DNA from: Callorhinchus milii
Taxonomy: Eukaryota
Length of the DNA: 64,000 nucleotides
NCBI RefSeq assembly: GCF_018977255.1
Contig: NW_024704742.1
Span: 4,032,001 to 4,096,000 of the forward strand
Direction of reading: 5' to 3'
The position numbers and the translations under genes were made by a program. The notes under the pieces are model-generated. The model saw nothing but the letters and a program-made list of their open reading frames with translations. It did no database searches and was not told where the DNA came from. Shown here one piece after another: positions 12,401-25,524 of the stretch; the first letter of the stretch is position 1, and every line of letters starts with the position of its first letter.

Positions 12401-15400
12401 CTGACTCCGCACCCATCTGTTTACCTATCAGTAATTAGGAACCCGATTGTTAGTCAATTGCCGGATCGGTTTTCCTGGGGTAGTAATTTCTTCAAAAAAA
12501 AATAATAATAAATGGGTCACTCAATCCACGACTGTTTGTGGGACACTGCTGTGTGCAATTGGCTGCCGGGTTTCGCCCACAAAACATACAGTCACTACGC
12601 TGTACAGTATATTCTGTGAAGCACTTTGCGACGTCTAGATAAGGCGCTATATCAAATGCAAGGATTATTATTATTAAGTAAGATCACTGGCGCTGTGAGT
12701 TAGTATTGTGACGTTTCATTCTTTTGTCCTTTGCTCTACAGTGCAACAGGATTCACAGTGGCCATCGATCAGGGGTTGTTGTCCTTGGCAATGGGAAAGG
12801 CATCATTCGCAGCAATCGAATCTATGGAAATAAAGAAGCTGGCATTTACATTTTGTATCACGGTAACCCCGTGGTGAGGTGAGTAACAGTTACCTTTCTC
12901 GCTCACAACCTCTGGAATCTGGACTCTAATCTGTTGTCCACAGTTGTGATTCCTGGGTATTGTGTAATGATGTGCTATGCTCTAAATATCCGTGCAGCAC
13001 CGAGGGTTTGTGAAAAACCATTGCATAATAGCAGTGAATTGCATTGCTTTGTTGCCTTCCATGGCACTTGATATTTAAGTGGTAACAAATCGCTTGAACA
13101 ATTCCTGAAATTGTTTCCAGTTTGTTTTCTTTCAACGACAACAGCAAATTGCATGTATATACGGCCTTTCACGTCGGGAGAACTTGTACAGCCTCGGGTT
13201 GTACAGCCCGCGGATTAAGTAGACTGTATAGAACCAACGTTGAAATGGCAAAAAGATTTAAACACTGTATTTACGATTCTCTGTTGTTGCTGTCGTACAT
13301 TACAATAAAAAGGGCGAGAAACAAATCCTGTTCAGTTGGCAGAGAAACCTAATTTAAAGAGGGCCACAAATGCGCTGAGTGTTTGGTGTGGTGTATGTAC
13401 CGTGTTATAGGTGTACGCACGTCATCTTGACGGCTATCATGAGCCGCACTTCAAACCTGTCAAGCTGAAAAACGAGCTCTTTGTACTCCTTTATGCACCA
13501 CTGTCTCTTTCCGATACAAATTGTGATTTCTGCTGGATCCCGCTATACGAGACGTCTGAATGTGTGAGAGAGAGAGAGAGAGAGAGCCCCCCCCCCAGAA
13601 CGGGTCGTTTTAACAAAGGTTGAGAGTGAGAGGTTCAAATAAAAATGACCAAAGGCTCAGCAATTGTGAAAAGTGCTGGGTATCAATGAAATATATAAGA
13701 CGAGAAAGCTTCGAGGAAACCTCGTTCAGGACTGAAAGAAAGCGTGGAGTCAACGAGGCTCCAAGGACAGGAAACCAGGTGGATAGATCCAGGTGAGGTG
13801 GTCCACTCGGGACGGTTGGGACATGTTCTAAACGGGGAAGCGCCAGAGAGGTAGACGGACAAGAGAGATCTCGGGGTTCAAGTTCGCAGCCATGTGTCCC
13901 AAGACGCGGAAGCCTCAATCAAAACGTGAGCAAAGTACGGCTTTAACAGCATTCGAGGAAATACTTAGGGACAACAACTGGGGCAAGACAAAACATGAGG
14001 AGAGGATCACGACATCCCCGCAGGTTGTAAGATTATAGCCAAGGGCGATTTTACTCAATACGAATCGAGCAGTTTGGTTCCGATCAAAGTTTTTAATTAC
14101 ACGCATCAGAGGTACATTCCCAGCGTTAACAGATACATTATATTGTAATATACTGTAAAACCAACACGATATTTCCCGCCACCCTCTGCCACGGAACTGT
14201 TCAGTTGGACCTCACTGCTCCCCCACCCCCCCCCCTCGAGTCTTTCTGGATAACTCTTCCACTTCGTGCCTTTTATTTCTGTCATCCGTGATTTTTTGTG
14301 CTGACTCTGCATTTCCTTATTCACGTGCCTTCTAATTACTGTGGGATGGGTGGTACTCTCTTGGCCTCTCGGTGTGTGATTTATCCTGTGGTTTGTTTTT
14401 TGTGCATTCTTCCCTTATCGTGGCATGTAGTCATTTCTTTTATTGTTATGTGTTACTTCTCCTAATCTCTCAGCACTGTCTAATCTCTTCCTATTTCAAG
14501 TATTTCAAGGATGCTTTCTAGGCATGACCATCTGTACGTACTCCCCTTTTGTCTTTGTTTTTCCTAGCTGCAGACTTTGTGCCCTGCGCACATATTCCTA
14601 CTTCTTCTGCGGATTCTGCACTTGCGGTTACCAGCCTTTATATGCACCAAATATATTTGTTTTATAAAATGAGTAAATCCTTCTTGCATTTTCCCCAAGG
14701 CACACATATATTACAAGGTCTTTATCTTAACAAACAGTGCAATCGTGATGATTAAATATAAATTTGCCCCACTTTACAGGCTGATAAAACATATGCCCAC
14801 AAAATATAGTCAATTCACTTTACAATATATCCTGTGAAGTGCTTTGAGACTTCTCAAAATGCAAGGATTATTATTATAATTATAGTCTGGCCCTTCAGCT
14901 TCAAGTTTGATCTTTCTAACTGTGGAATTTCAATCAGAATTTTTTTTAAAATTACCTGATGTTATTATGATTGTTGGTGTTAGTTACTTATTGTGACTTC
15001 AGTGGTTTTGCACTTAGCATTTTTTTTACGATTGGAGCAGTTCTCTGAGGTACGATCCTACATGAAGGACACTATATAAATGTATATATATATGTAAGTT
15101 GTTGTTATGATCTTATTACAAATCTTAGGGAAAGTCTGTCTACCCTCTTCCAGCAATAAGGCAAAGCTGATCTTGGGGATGTTGATATTCATAGCTCATC
15201 AGAGACTGACGGACTTGATGAAGGCTCTACTTTGTCAGGAGTGGAATTGCAGCCCCACCCACATCATAGTACTTTCAAACACTTTGCACACAACAATGTC
15301 ACACAAACTGCGATGAAGTGAACGTCCAATTTTATTTGGATGGTTGGCCGGGAACGCCGGAAGAAACTTTCTTCTCTTTTCGAAAGGGATAAAATCTCTG

Positions 15401-18400
15401 GGCTCTATAGTGTCCACTCGAGTAGGCAGACGAGACCTCCGTTTAACATCTCATTGAAGAGCAATATAGCGCAGCTGTAGCACTGCATTGGAATGTCAGC
15501 CTGAACTGTGAGCTGAAAGTCCCGACGTGGGGCTTGATCCCACAATCTTTTGACTCTGAGGTGAGAGTGTTTCTGTTTATACAATCTCTCGCTACCTAGA
15601 AAAAATAACATGGAATTTCCAGAATATGACTGCCTTACGTTGAAGCCTTACTCCTCCCTACCTCCGTGACCTCCTAACCCCCTACCAACCTGTCCGCTCC
15701 CTCCGCTCAGCGGGCTCCGGCCTGCTTCACGTCCCCCTCTTTGCCCGCCCCACCATTGGCCGGCGGGCCTTCAGCCTCTCTGCCCCCACCCTCTGGAACT
15801 CCATCCCACAGTCCTTCCACCTCTCCCTCGCCTCCTTCAAGACCCATTTCAAGACCCTCCTCTTCGACCATGCCTTCGGTCACCCTCCTACCTCTACCCT
15901 CCCTTCCCTCCACCCCTCCTGATCCCAACCAACAGCTCAGGTGTGGATCCCTAACTGTCCAGCGCTTTGGGATGTCCTCCTGACGTGAAAGGCGCTATAC
16001 ACGTGTAATTTGTTGTTGTTGTTAAAATTAATTTTGCTGACGTCCGTGTACCTTACACTCCTGTCATGGTGTAGCCTATAATTTGAATAGTAGGTTTGCA
16101 GAACCAATCGTACCAGGGTAGGGTTGGTGAAGGTGGGACACACTCCAGAGTAAGTTGTTGTCTTTATACTTAAGTGACAATGCCTTTTCACCTCGGGGAC
16201 TAGTCCTTTAATCTAGCCCAGGTTGTTGCGCTGACATTCTTCCTTATTCGCTGGCTCTGAACATTCAAGTGTTTTGGGCAATTTCAACTCAATGTGGTCC
16301 CATCTGCCTATTCAGGTGAACATTAAAGATCCCAAGGCAATATTGAAAAAAAGAAGTGAGTTTATCTCAGTGCCCTGGTCAACACTCCCTCAGATAAAAT
16401 TGGTCATTCACTTTAGAACCTCTTATGGTGCTATGCGAGGCAAGGATTATTACTTTCTAGAGCATATGAGCCCACAGCCCAGTGCCCTTCAGAAATCCTC
16501 TTATCTTTGAACAGTTTGCAGTCTCTGAAAGACATTAAGGATCGCTGGTGTAAAAACGGACAAAATCACACTGGTACAGTATGAGACTTACTCTTCTGAG
16601 GTTAGCACTTGAGAGCAGTGTAGAGAGAGGTTTTCCAGGACCTGTCTTGGATGCATTTCCTGCTGATATTCTGCATCCAAAATGGAAAAATATTCCTTTT
16701 TTAACATTGACATCCTTCACATTGATGAGCACGGGAATATATTCTTTCCCCTTCCTCGATTTAAAAAAAAAACACCTGAGTGCTGTATGAATTTCCATTT
16801 GTTGCTTTGACAATCTGTCTCTTCACAGCGGGAACCATATCTACCAAGGACTTGCAGCAGGTGTAGCTGTGAATGAAAATGGAAGGGGCCAAATAATAGG
16901 TCAGTCTGCAGCTTAACAGCATGCAAAGTGCCCAGTTTCATTCGTCTAAACCCAGTGCATAAATATTTAAATCTGAGCACATTGTAAGCAGAAGCATTTT
17001 TTTTTCTATCCTGCAATATATTAAGGATCGAGTACACACTGTATATTGATGAGATCCTGAGGGACTGACAGAGGTCTGCTTTAAATGCATCTTTTCGTTG
17101 CACATAACATTTTTCTTAGTCAGATATATGCGCTATATAAGGAATAAAAAAATAACTTTATATTCAACATTCATAACCTTTCAAACACTGCATGAATCAG
17201 ATTCTAATTACTTCTCGCTCACTACCCACTTGCAGTAGTCAGGGATAGACTTGTGATGGGTGATTGATAAGGAGCTGGAATTCTTGGAACTGTTGGTGAA
17301 AATAACCATTCATCATCCCACAGCTTTTCTTGTTACTGACTGTCTAAAGTTGGAGAGTTGTTTTAATAATATAATAATAATCCTTGCATTTGATACAGCG
17401 CCTCATCACATCTTTGAGACGATTCAAAGCTCTTCCCAGGATATACTGTAAAGTGAATTGACTGTTATATTGTGGGCGAAATGGCAGCAACCAATTAGGC
17501 ACAGCAGCGTCCCCACAAACAGTCTGTTTTACGTGTAGTGATGGTAAGAATGCTCTGCATCTCCATCCCTAACCTACACCAGACGACTCTTTATTGATTG
17601 ACTGATTTATATCATGCTCAATGGTGAAAGATTAACAGATTATTACACTGTGTTCAGGTTATCCGTTGTTTTGTGTAATTACACTATTCTATGTCTGTTG
17701 CTCCAGAAAGTGTGGCAAACGTGCTGTGTTTTTTTTTCTGCGCTAGAAAATATTATCCGTGAAAATCAATGGGGCGGTGCTGACATTCGGCGAGGGGGAG
17801 ATCCCATTCTGAGAAACAACCTTATTTGCCATGGTTATTCAGATGGCGTTGTTGTTGGTGAACGAGGGAAAGGGCTGATAGAAGGAAACACCATATATGG
17901 TAAGCAGTAGTAACCGGTTTAGACATTAATGTGGCAAAAATTACATTTTCATGTCCGCAACCAAACCTTGATAGAAGTTTTGTGATTTTTGCAAAAAAAA
18001 AAACCTGCATTATCCTGATTCTAGGTTATATAAGTACATTGAATTAAACTTCTTCCCCACTCCCCCCACCTCTGCTCCATTACTTTGATGATTCCACCAC
18101 TTAGGGTTTAATTCTGATCCCTGTTCTTTCTCCCAAAATTCACCACTTTGCATATCTCTTTATTGAATTCCATTTTCCACGATTCTCCTCCCGAGGGGCT
18201 AACAACCGGGATAAACTTCAGAAGACGAGAGTATAGGGAGAAAGTTGGAAATCTAAAGCAGTTTGATTGAATCCTTCTGTTCTTTGTTTCTCAAACAGTA
18301 ACACAGATTTCAGTTCATTAATGAATGTTGTGCACAGGTAACAAGGGCTGTGGTGTATGGATCATGTCATCCAGTCTCCCACACATCACCAACAACCAGA

Positions 18401-21400
18401 TCAGCCGCAACAATATCTACGGTGTGGCTGTGTTCTGCCGTAAAGATGATGCGAACGACTATCTCAGCAACCAAGGAGGCAATGAGAACTTCAATGACGA
18501 AGGGGAGATCATCAGTTGGGAAACTGACTTGGACAGTGAAGACGACAGATACATATCACTCAAGCCAATTACTGTGGCACTCATTGAGTTTAACAACATC
18601 AATCACAATGGTGGTAAGTGGAGGAGCCACATTGAAACTCATGCCCACCATTGAACGCCAAGGGGGCTTTCAGCCATTCTGCCTTGCATCTGGAACTCCA
18701 TCCCAGAGTCTCTCTGACTCGCTTACTTGGCTGTGAAAAGCATCCTGACGACGCGAAAGCCACTCGTTGTAAATGTTAATTTTATTGAATTGTGACAGCT
18801 GTTTGGAGACTGCGGAATCCATTTAAAGTGTCTGTACATCAAATGCCCTCCAAGTGATACTGTGTGATGAGGCAGTCAGGATTGCAAGCTGCCATGCCAT
18901 TAGAGCTACTAGTCCAGCAGATTATTTTAATAATAATCCTTGCATTTGATATAGCGATGCATCACATTGTTAAGTCACCTCAAAGTGCGTCAAGTGGCAT
19001 TTAAAATAAAGTGTAGTGACTGCGTATTTTATAAGCAAACCACAGCGGGCAATTTGTGCACAGCAGCGTCCCTTTAAAGTTCCCCTGAACAGGCCTCCAG
19101 TATTATTTTTTTTTCACGTGCAATTCTCCCATTCAGCCATTCTCCTTTCTTCACATCCTTTCTTCCCTCATCCAGTGAGTGAAAATTACTGAGCAGTTGC
19201 TCTGTGTGTAACATGTTACGTTAAATACATGAGGTTTCCTAAGCGTTTTTCCCCTCGATTTTCCAGGCTTCTGCTGGGCTAACAACTTTTAAATCCTTTT
19301 GTCCTCTTTGTAATTTGTTGTATTTTTAAGCATCCTTTCTCGTGTTAAACTGTTTACTATAATATTATACGGCTTCAAAAGCAAAATCAAGGTGACTTAG
19401 CCAAATACGCCTGTGATTTCCACAACATTGTCTTTGTTGTTATCTATTTGGGTGATATAGCCAGAGGGCACTGCAATATACAACTGCGTTTAGGATTTTT
19501 CTGACTTGTACGGTATATGTCCCATCAGGGCTGAAATGCACTGAGGTCAACTTCAGTTGTGAAAGCGCTCAGCGGGAAGCCAACTGATTATGAGAGCGTC
19601 ATGTAAATTAGCATTTGTTAATTTAGTCCTCGTTATTGTAACCTGTTGAGTGATCTGTCCTCTCTCTGCTTGCTCCCGATTGTGCTTAGCTGCTGGACTC
19701 TATGTAAAAAGCAGTGAGACGCTGAACATAGTAGCCAACGCAGTCCACGCCAACCACGACAACGGGATTGCCGTTTATCAGAGCAGCCAGCTCACCCACA
19801 TCTCCAACAATAGCGTCACCTGCAACAGCGTCAGCGGAGTCCTCGTAGAAGCCGGCTGCAAAGTTGAACTTCGAGGCAATGGTATCTATGACAACAACAG
19901 CCACGGCGTCACCTTAAAGGGAGAAGGATCCATCTTGGAGAATGATATCCTTGGAAACCACGGGTGTGGCTTGCAGTTGTTGGAGAATGCAGATGTGAAG
20001 GTAGGCTCCAGTGGATCTGCAGGAACAGGCCTTCTCAGTCCCTAACATATCCACAGAACAAACCTTCCGATTGTAGGGCAAGGAATTACCTTACATTGGC
20101 AGACTCCAGAGAATGCGTAGCTCAGTCGATTGAATATAACGTCTCTCTCTCTCTCTCTGGTACTGAATGGAGACCGAGGAGACTCACCTGGGCAAGCCAG
20201 TCCTACAAATAAGTACTTTGTCTTGCTCTTTGCGTGCTGTGAGGGGGGAGATTTCTGACTGACCAAGTGTTCGAACGATTTTCATACGGGATCCAAATTT
20301 CAGAGTCTATTCAATAGTAATGTCCTTAGTGTACAAGCTTGCAACACACATAGGCTTCAGTTTTATAAACTTTTTCTTTTCGATGTACTAAATGGCATCG
20401 CAACAAGGGGAATATATGAATGTGGGTGAACAGTACAGTGGGGAAGAGGGATATTGTGTGGGAAGATGATCTTTTAGGAGATAGTATAGAGGGGAGATCA
20501 ATAAGCTTGCATAATGTGTGGCTAGTGGCAAATGATGTTTCACCAGTGGTGTGTGGGCCTTCAGCTTCTCTGCCCCCACCCTATGGAACTCCATCCCACA
20601 GTCCCTTTGCCTCGCCCCATCCCTTGCCTCTTTCAAGCTCCACCTCAACACCCTCCTCTTCGACTGTGCCTTTGGTCACCCTCCTACCCACCTTCTGATC
20701 CCAACCACCAGCTTGGGTGCAGATCCCTGACTGTCCAGTGCCTGAGATGTCCTTCTGACGTGAAAGGCGCACTACCAATATAATTTGTTGTTGGTGTTGT
20801 TAATAGACGGAAATGTGAAGTGATTCACTTTGGTAGGAAGAATAAAGAAGACCTGGATGGTAGGAACCTGAGAGAGATACCAGAGTGAGTAGATACAGCT
20901 ACTGAGAAAGATTGAACAGGTCGAGGTACCTTAGGGAAATGGGAGCTATTATGGATATAGTTACAGTTCGCCTAATCACAATAGCACCTACTTTGTTGCA
21001 GGTGATGAAGAATAGAATCCAGTCACTCCATAACTATGGTATTGCAATCCTGGATCAGGCTAAGGGAACTGTGCAAGAAAACCAAATCTTTAAAGGAAAA
21101 GTAGGAAAAACTATTTTGCAGCAAACCGGAAATGCAGAAAAATGTACTATTCAACGCAATGAAATTCTGGCTTACAGCAAAAAGTAAGTTTTTAAATCAC
21201 TTTATTAAAACTTTCACTTAATTCCTTTCCTTTCCCCCCCCAACTAATTTGCTCCCATTGTCTATGGACTGTGCTCTGTTTCTCAGTCTGAGGTTAGCTT
21301 AGCCAGTGCATGGACTCGTGTAACTTGTGAGAAAGTCAGAAGCCAAACAGGATTTCGCCCACAAAATATACAGTCAATCCACTTTACAGTATATTCTGTG

Positions 21401-21936
21401 AAGCGCTTTGAGACGTCTCGAAGACGTGATAAGGCGCGGATTATTACGAATTCTGTTTTCAGCAGAATGTTTGTCTTAATCACAAGGCATAAAGAGAATG
21501 CACTAACAGTGATGCCAGCGCGAGCCACTCGCTGTTTGTTTATGATCGTAGCCATTTCTCTTCTAAGCAGACGACATGGGTTCGGTTACACCCAAAAGGA
21601 GCTGCTTCGTGAGTCTGATCGCATTCACTGAGCCCTGTAGATGGCCCAGACCTTGCTGGACAGTAATACTAGAGGACTCGCTCTCAGTCTCTTAAGGAGA
21701 TGAAATATCAGTATTATCTGTGACTAATCTTGTTTCCTTGGTCCTTTAGTGCTTGCAGATCCGGTGCAGCCTGGAAACTGGAGAACCCTCCAGCGAGGCC
21801 ACTTATTGACGGAACAAACAGAAGTGCCTCATCGGTTCAGACCAGTCAAAGAGGTGCATCCTTGACGACCAGGATAGCTGCAAGGGTGGAAGGGGGCTGC
21901 CACAACAACGGAAGCATTTTCTGCACTATTCTTTAA
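6497..21936 (+). CDS. FBXO10: F-box only protein 10 (F-box + PbH1/right-handed beta-helix repeats, C-terminal CaaX). join(6497..7081,9137..9997,11181..11330,12742..12878,16829..16899,17747..17899,18338..18613,19690..20000,21002..21183,21759..21936), ~967 aa
   Basis: N-terminal F-box [33 protein letters not shown]; repeated beta-helix motifs (IxxNxIxxN..GI); ends ...[18 protein letters not shown]. All 10 exons have GT-AG boundaries with matching phases (total 2904 nt). Acceptor at 6470-6471 precedes the ATG, so a non-coding exon lies further upstream. The last acceptor could alternatively be 21749 (+3 aa). Confidence 0.95.
7118..7360 (-). mobile_element. tRNA-derived SINE, same family, internally deleted
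   Basis: Reverse A/B boxes at 7290-7355 and (AAT)n tail at 7118. Confidence 0.8.
7790..8400 (+). mobile_element. Decayed CR1 LINE reverse-transcriptase fragment
   Basis: Frame-shifted remnants of [32 protein letters not shown] and KFTDDTKL. Confidence 0.8.
11780..12305 (+). mobile_element. CR1 LINE 3' end with (ATTCTATG)n tail. Further CR1 pieces at about 1385-1650(-), 10050-10400(+), 49450-49700(-)
   Basis: [38 protein letters not shown] motif; terminal ATTCTATGATTCTAT; PDGMHPRILREVKEEIA in ORF 49451..49810. Confidence 0.8.
12308..12676 (+). mobile_element. Near full-length tRNA-derived SINE (abundant young family) with L2-like tail
   Basis: Pol III A box (TAGCTCAGTGG) and B box (GGTTTGATTCC), body TGTTTGTGGGACACTGCTGTG..AATTGGCTGCC, tail GGCGCTATATCAAATGCAAGG(ATT)n; many copies in the window. 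Confidence 0.85.
15640..16022 (+). mobile_element. L2 3'-end family copy. Others (approximate): 3070-3205(+), 20548-20800(+), 28215-28305(+), 30745-31118(+), 35445-35645(+), 61068-61250(-)
   Basis: Shared 3' end CAGCTCGGGTGCGGATCCCTGACTGTCCAGCGCCTTGGGACGTCCTCCTGACGTGAAAGGCGCTATA..(GTT)n. Confidence 0.8.
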
Positions 21937-22897
21937 CTCACGCAATTGAACACTGGTACAGAATGTGCCATAGAGATAGGCTCGTGCCTCACTTTATTAA
22001 TCAACCAACGTACTTTCAGTAATGGGTAAGAAACATGGGGCTGCTTCGGTAAATGCACTTCACTCCTTCACTCGAGAACATTGGACTTTCAGTGGATTTG
22101 CTTATCTTAGATAGAAAGCTATTTGGCTGTTTAAGCTCCACTGGGAGTGTACCAACATACTGTCAATTCTGTGATAGAAATTGAATTTCTTGCTTAAGAA
22201 AGGGAGAATGCCGTCTCGCAGGAACACATTTCACCTCAATAAAGTTTCGGAGTGGGGTTTCTTCCAGCTGCATAACATACAGTGTTTATCGGACAGAACC
22301 CCAAATTAGATTTCTTAATTCATAAAGTCATGGGAAGAAATTGCCGCACGATTGACCTGTGTAACGTCACAATATTTACTGAAATCTGCTTGTTAGAAGC
22401 CCTGGCTCAAAATCTGTGCATTGTTACCAGCTGCCAATGCTCTTACCTGCGGATTTTCACTTCTGGATCATGTGCAGGCTTTTCCAAAACCAAATCTTTC
22501 CACCCACTCTGTCCTGAGCATCCTTTGACATCTACACAACCATTTTCTCTAACCTTTCAGCCTTTGTGAATGTCACTAAATACAATTCTAGGACAGAAAG
22601 ACAGATGGGATATTTCTTTGTTTATACTGTTCCGTGTCTAAATTTATTTTTATGAAATACAGTACGTATATTATTGGAGGAATGGCACCATAGTCACAAA
22701 AAGGCACCATAGTTATTAGGATTTATAAGGCTGAGGAACGTGTTGAGACTAAATGCTTTGTTTTTACTGTAACTTCACACCTGTCCAAATGTGCGGAATG
22801 GTTTGCAAACACTGATGTTTGTTTATTCCTCACTTGGCAAAATGCCCTTTGTGCTGGTGTGTGCGATGTGCAGGTTAGGCGGCTCACAGATTTGATT

Positions 22898-22993
22898 CTG
22901 ACGAAGGGTCGTGGACCCGAAACGTTGACTCACTTTCCTTTCTCTATAGATGCTGCCTGACCTGCTGAGTGTTCCCAGCTCTCTCTGTTTTTG
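22898..22993 (+). mobile_element. Penelope-like element terminal fragment containing a minimal hammerhead-ribozyme core
   Basis: CTGACGA-A-GGGTC-GTG-GACCC-GAAACGTT followed by AGATGCTGCCTGACCTGCTGAGT; flanked by a 14-bp direct repeat TCACAGATTTGATT (22884-22897, 22994-23007). Confidence 0.7.
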
Positions 22994-25524
22994 TCACAGA
23001 TTTGATTTTTGTTCTCAGTGGTCTGATCTCAGGCACAGCAGGAGTGACATCCTAAATTGAATTCCATGTCGTTGGGTTAGTGTGAGTGTAGCTGTTAGTG
23101 GAAAACTTGGCTGTTAAGCTATCAGTCAGATAGCTCACTGATACTCATGGGTCAGGTGCAGACTTGCAAGAATGGCCAATTGTAGGAGGTATCAATGCTC
23201 GTGAAACTGTACAAGAATGTGGGTCTTCAGGAAAAGAGGGATTAAAGAGAAAGATCCTGTGTGGGTGAGTGCGGCAGATTGGGTGTGGCAGGGAGAGAGG
23301 AGAAATGGGACGAGGGTTTAAGGACGTGTTCCAATGTACTGGTAGGTCATAAAGTTAGGCATCAGTATCTTTTTCTAGTGTGACCGTGAAGCCTGATGTA
23401 GGTCTAGTTTGGGGATCATTCATTTGAACCTCAGAGGTCCACGTGACCCCTATGTGCCAATATAGTCCAAACAATAAAAGTATTGGGTTTTAATTGATTT
23501 AGATCAGATTTAAGCACTCTCTTACTAGCCCCGTCACCGCAAAGAACACTGAGCAGAGGGGAAAAGTCTCGAGAGAATTTTCTGTGCAGCACCTCAGAGC
23601 TTCAGAGCAGCACTCAGGCAGCTCACGTGATTATCCGCTTGGCAGTGGGTGCAGGTATTCAAGGGACCAATTAAAAAAACTTTATAAGTGATCTGTACAT
23701 ACCCAGATCTGCAATCAAACACAGTTATAATTGGGAGTTAAATCCTCTGACCTAAGATTAAAATTCTAGGTGTGTGGAATTGGAATTGACTCCTCCTTCG
23801 TCAAAAACCATGTAAAATACCGATGTAAATAGGCATATACTTTCTTTTATAAGAACGATGGGTGCTTTAGAATTGTGCACACAACAGGGCAACATCTGAT
23901 CCCAGTCCAGCCCAGTCTCATTAGAGCAACTCCAATGACACGGACGTACAGGAATGTTCTTCCGATGGTGTAAAGCTGGGTCTCGCAACAATGTGCATTG
24001 TGATTGAATATACAGAGCAATTGTCAGCGCAGAAGGAAGTAACTTTGCTCATCATGTCCATGCCATTTCAATACCAGGCTCACGCTGATGTGCACTGTTG
24101 CTGAATGCATTTTTCTTCTCGGTCCTTTGCGAGTTGATTGTGTAATATTCTACTTGTATATTTAAATCTTCTTGGGGTGGGGGTGGGAGGAAGAATTAAT
24201 CGCATAACAGCAACAAATAGAATAAAAAAATGATTGAAAATATAATCTGTAAAACACATTTTGTACAAATCTTAAACTTGGGTTTTTACTCTGGCTAAAA
24301 TGTTAAACGATCACTGTGCTGTTGATTTAACCATTTTTGTAAACTTAGTTGTAGATGCTGCGTTGGCTGCTAACTGCTGTCATACAATTCCACATTAGTG
24401 TCAGCGTCGTATGGCTATTCATTGCTTACCCTTGTGTTGGCCCCGTAATCGAAAACAATAAAAGATTTTTTTAAATTCTCTCATCTTTGCGTATTCCGTA
24501 TACCAGCCGAAGATTAAAGTTCTTGGTACAATATGCTTCACCCCACATAACGAGTATGTATTTGTTGACCGGTAGAATTGAATCATTCCCTCAATGTTGT
24601 TCACAATGTAGACTCATTTCAGTAGAGCACTGGTGTAGGTAAATGCAGATTAGCTGAAATAATGTATAACCATCACCCCGGTTTGGGTACCACACATTGG
24701 ATGGGATTGTGTATCTAAAATGCCAAAGAGTATCTTGATTTCTGTGGATCATACATGAAGTTACAGAAGGCTCTTCAGTCTATTTGATCCCCATTGACAC
24801 TACTATCTTCCCATTTACACCAAACATTTCTTCAGCCTCTTGGACTCTGCCACCTCTCCTGGTAACTAGCTCACTGTTGATTATGTTTCGCCCACAAAAT
24901 ATACAGTCAATTCACTTTACAGTATATTCTGTGAAGCGCTTTGAGATGTCTAGAAGATGTGATAAGGCGCAATATCAAATGCAAAGATTATTATTATTAA
25001 TAATAATTACAGTCAACTCCTGCCTTCATCCCTGTGTGTTGACAGAAAGTTAGAGAATCCCTATCCCCCTCACCGGGTGAGGGAGGGGGTCAGGTTTGCT
25101 CCTTCTAGAATTTGCCCCAATAACATCAATAACTGGGAAAAACTTACTCTTGAGAGTCAGCGGACCTCCTGACCACCATAGCAAGCTGCCTAGTCATTTG
25201 CACAAAGAGCTCTAAGTGCTCGATGTTCAGCCCCACAGCCCACCACACAAAACAACAGAGCTCAGGCTTCAGTCATTTTTTTTTTACACAATGTGTACAT
25301 TATCAACAGGACAACAAATACTTGCAGATTGGTTTTAAAAATATTTTTCTCAGGTGAAACCCATGCGTAAGGATTTTGAGTTTGAAGCCGAGGATGGTGG
25401 GAGGTGCTACAGGACAAAGCCAGTTCGAGTCAACCTACACAAACCAAGTGGCCTGTGAGATCAAGAACCTTAAAGTAACCCCAAAACCCAGTGTCTAGGC
25501 AGCAAGTAAATCTGTCCTGGGAAC

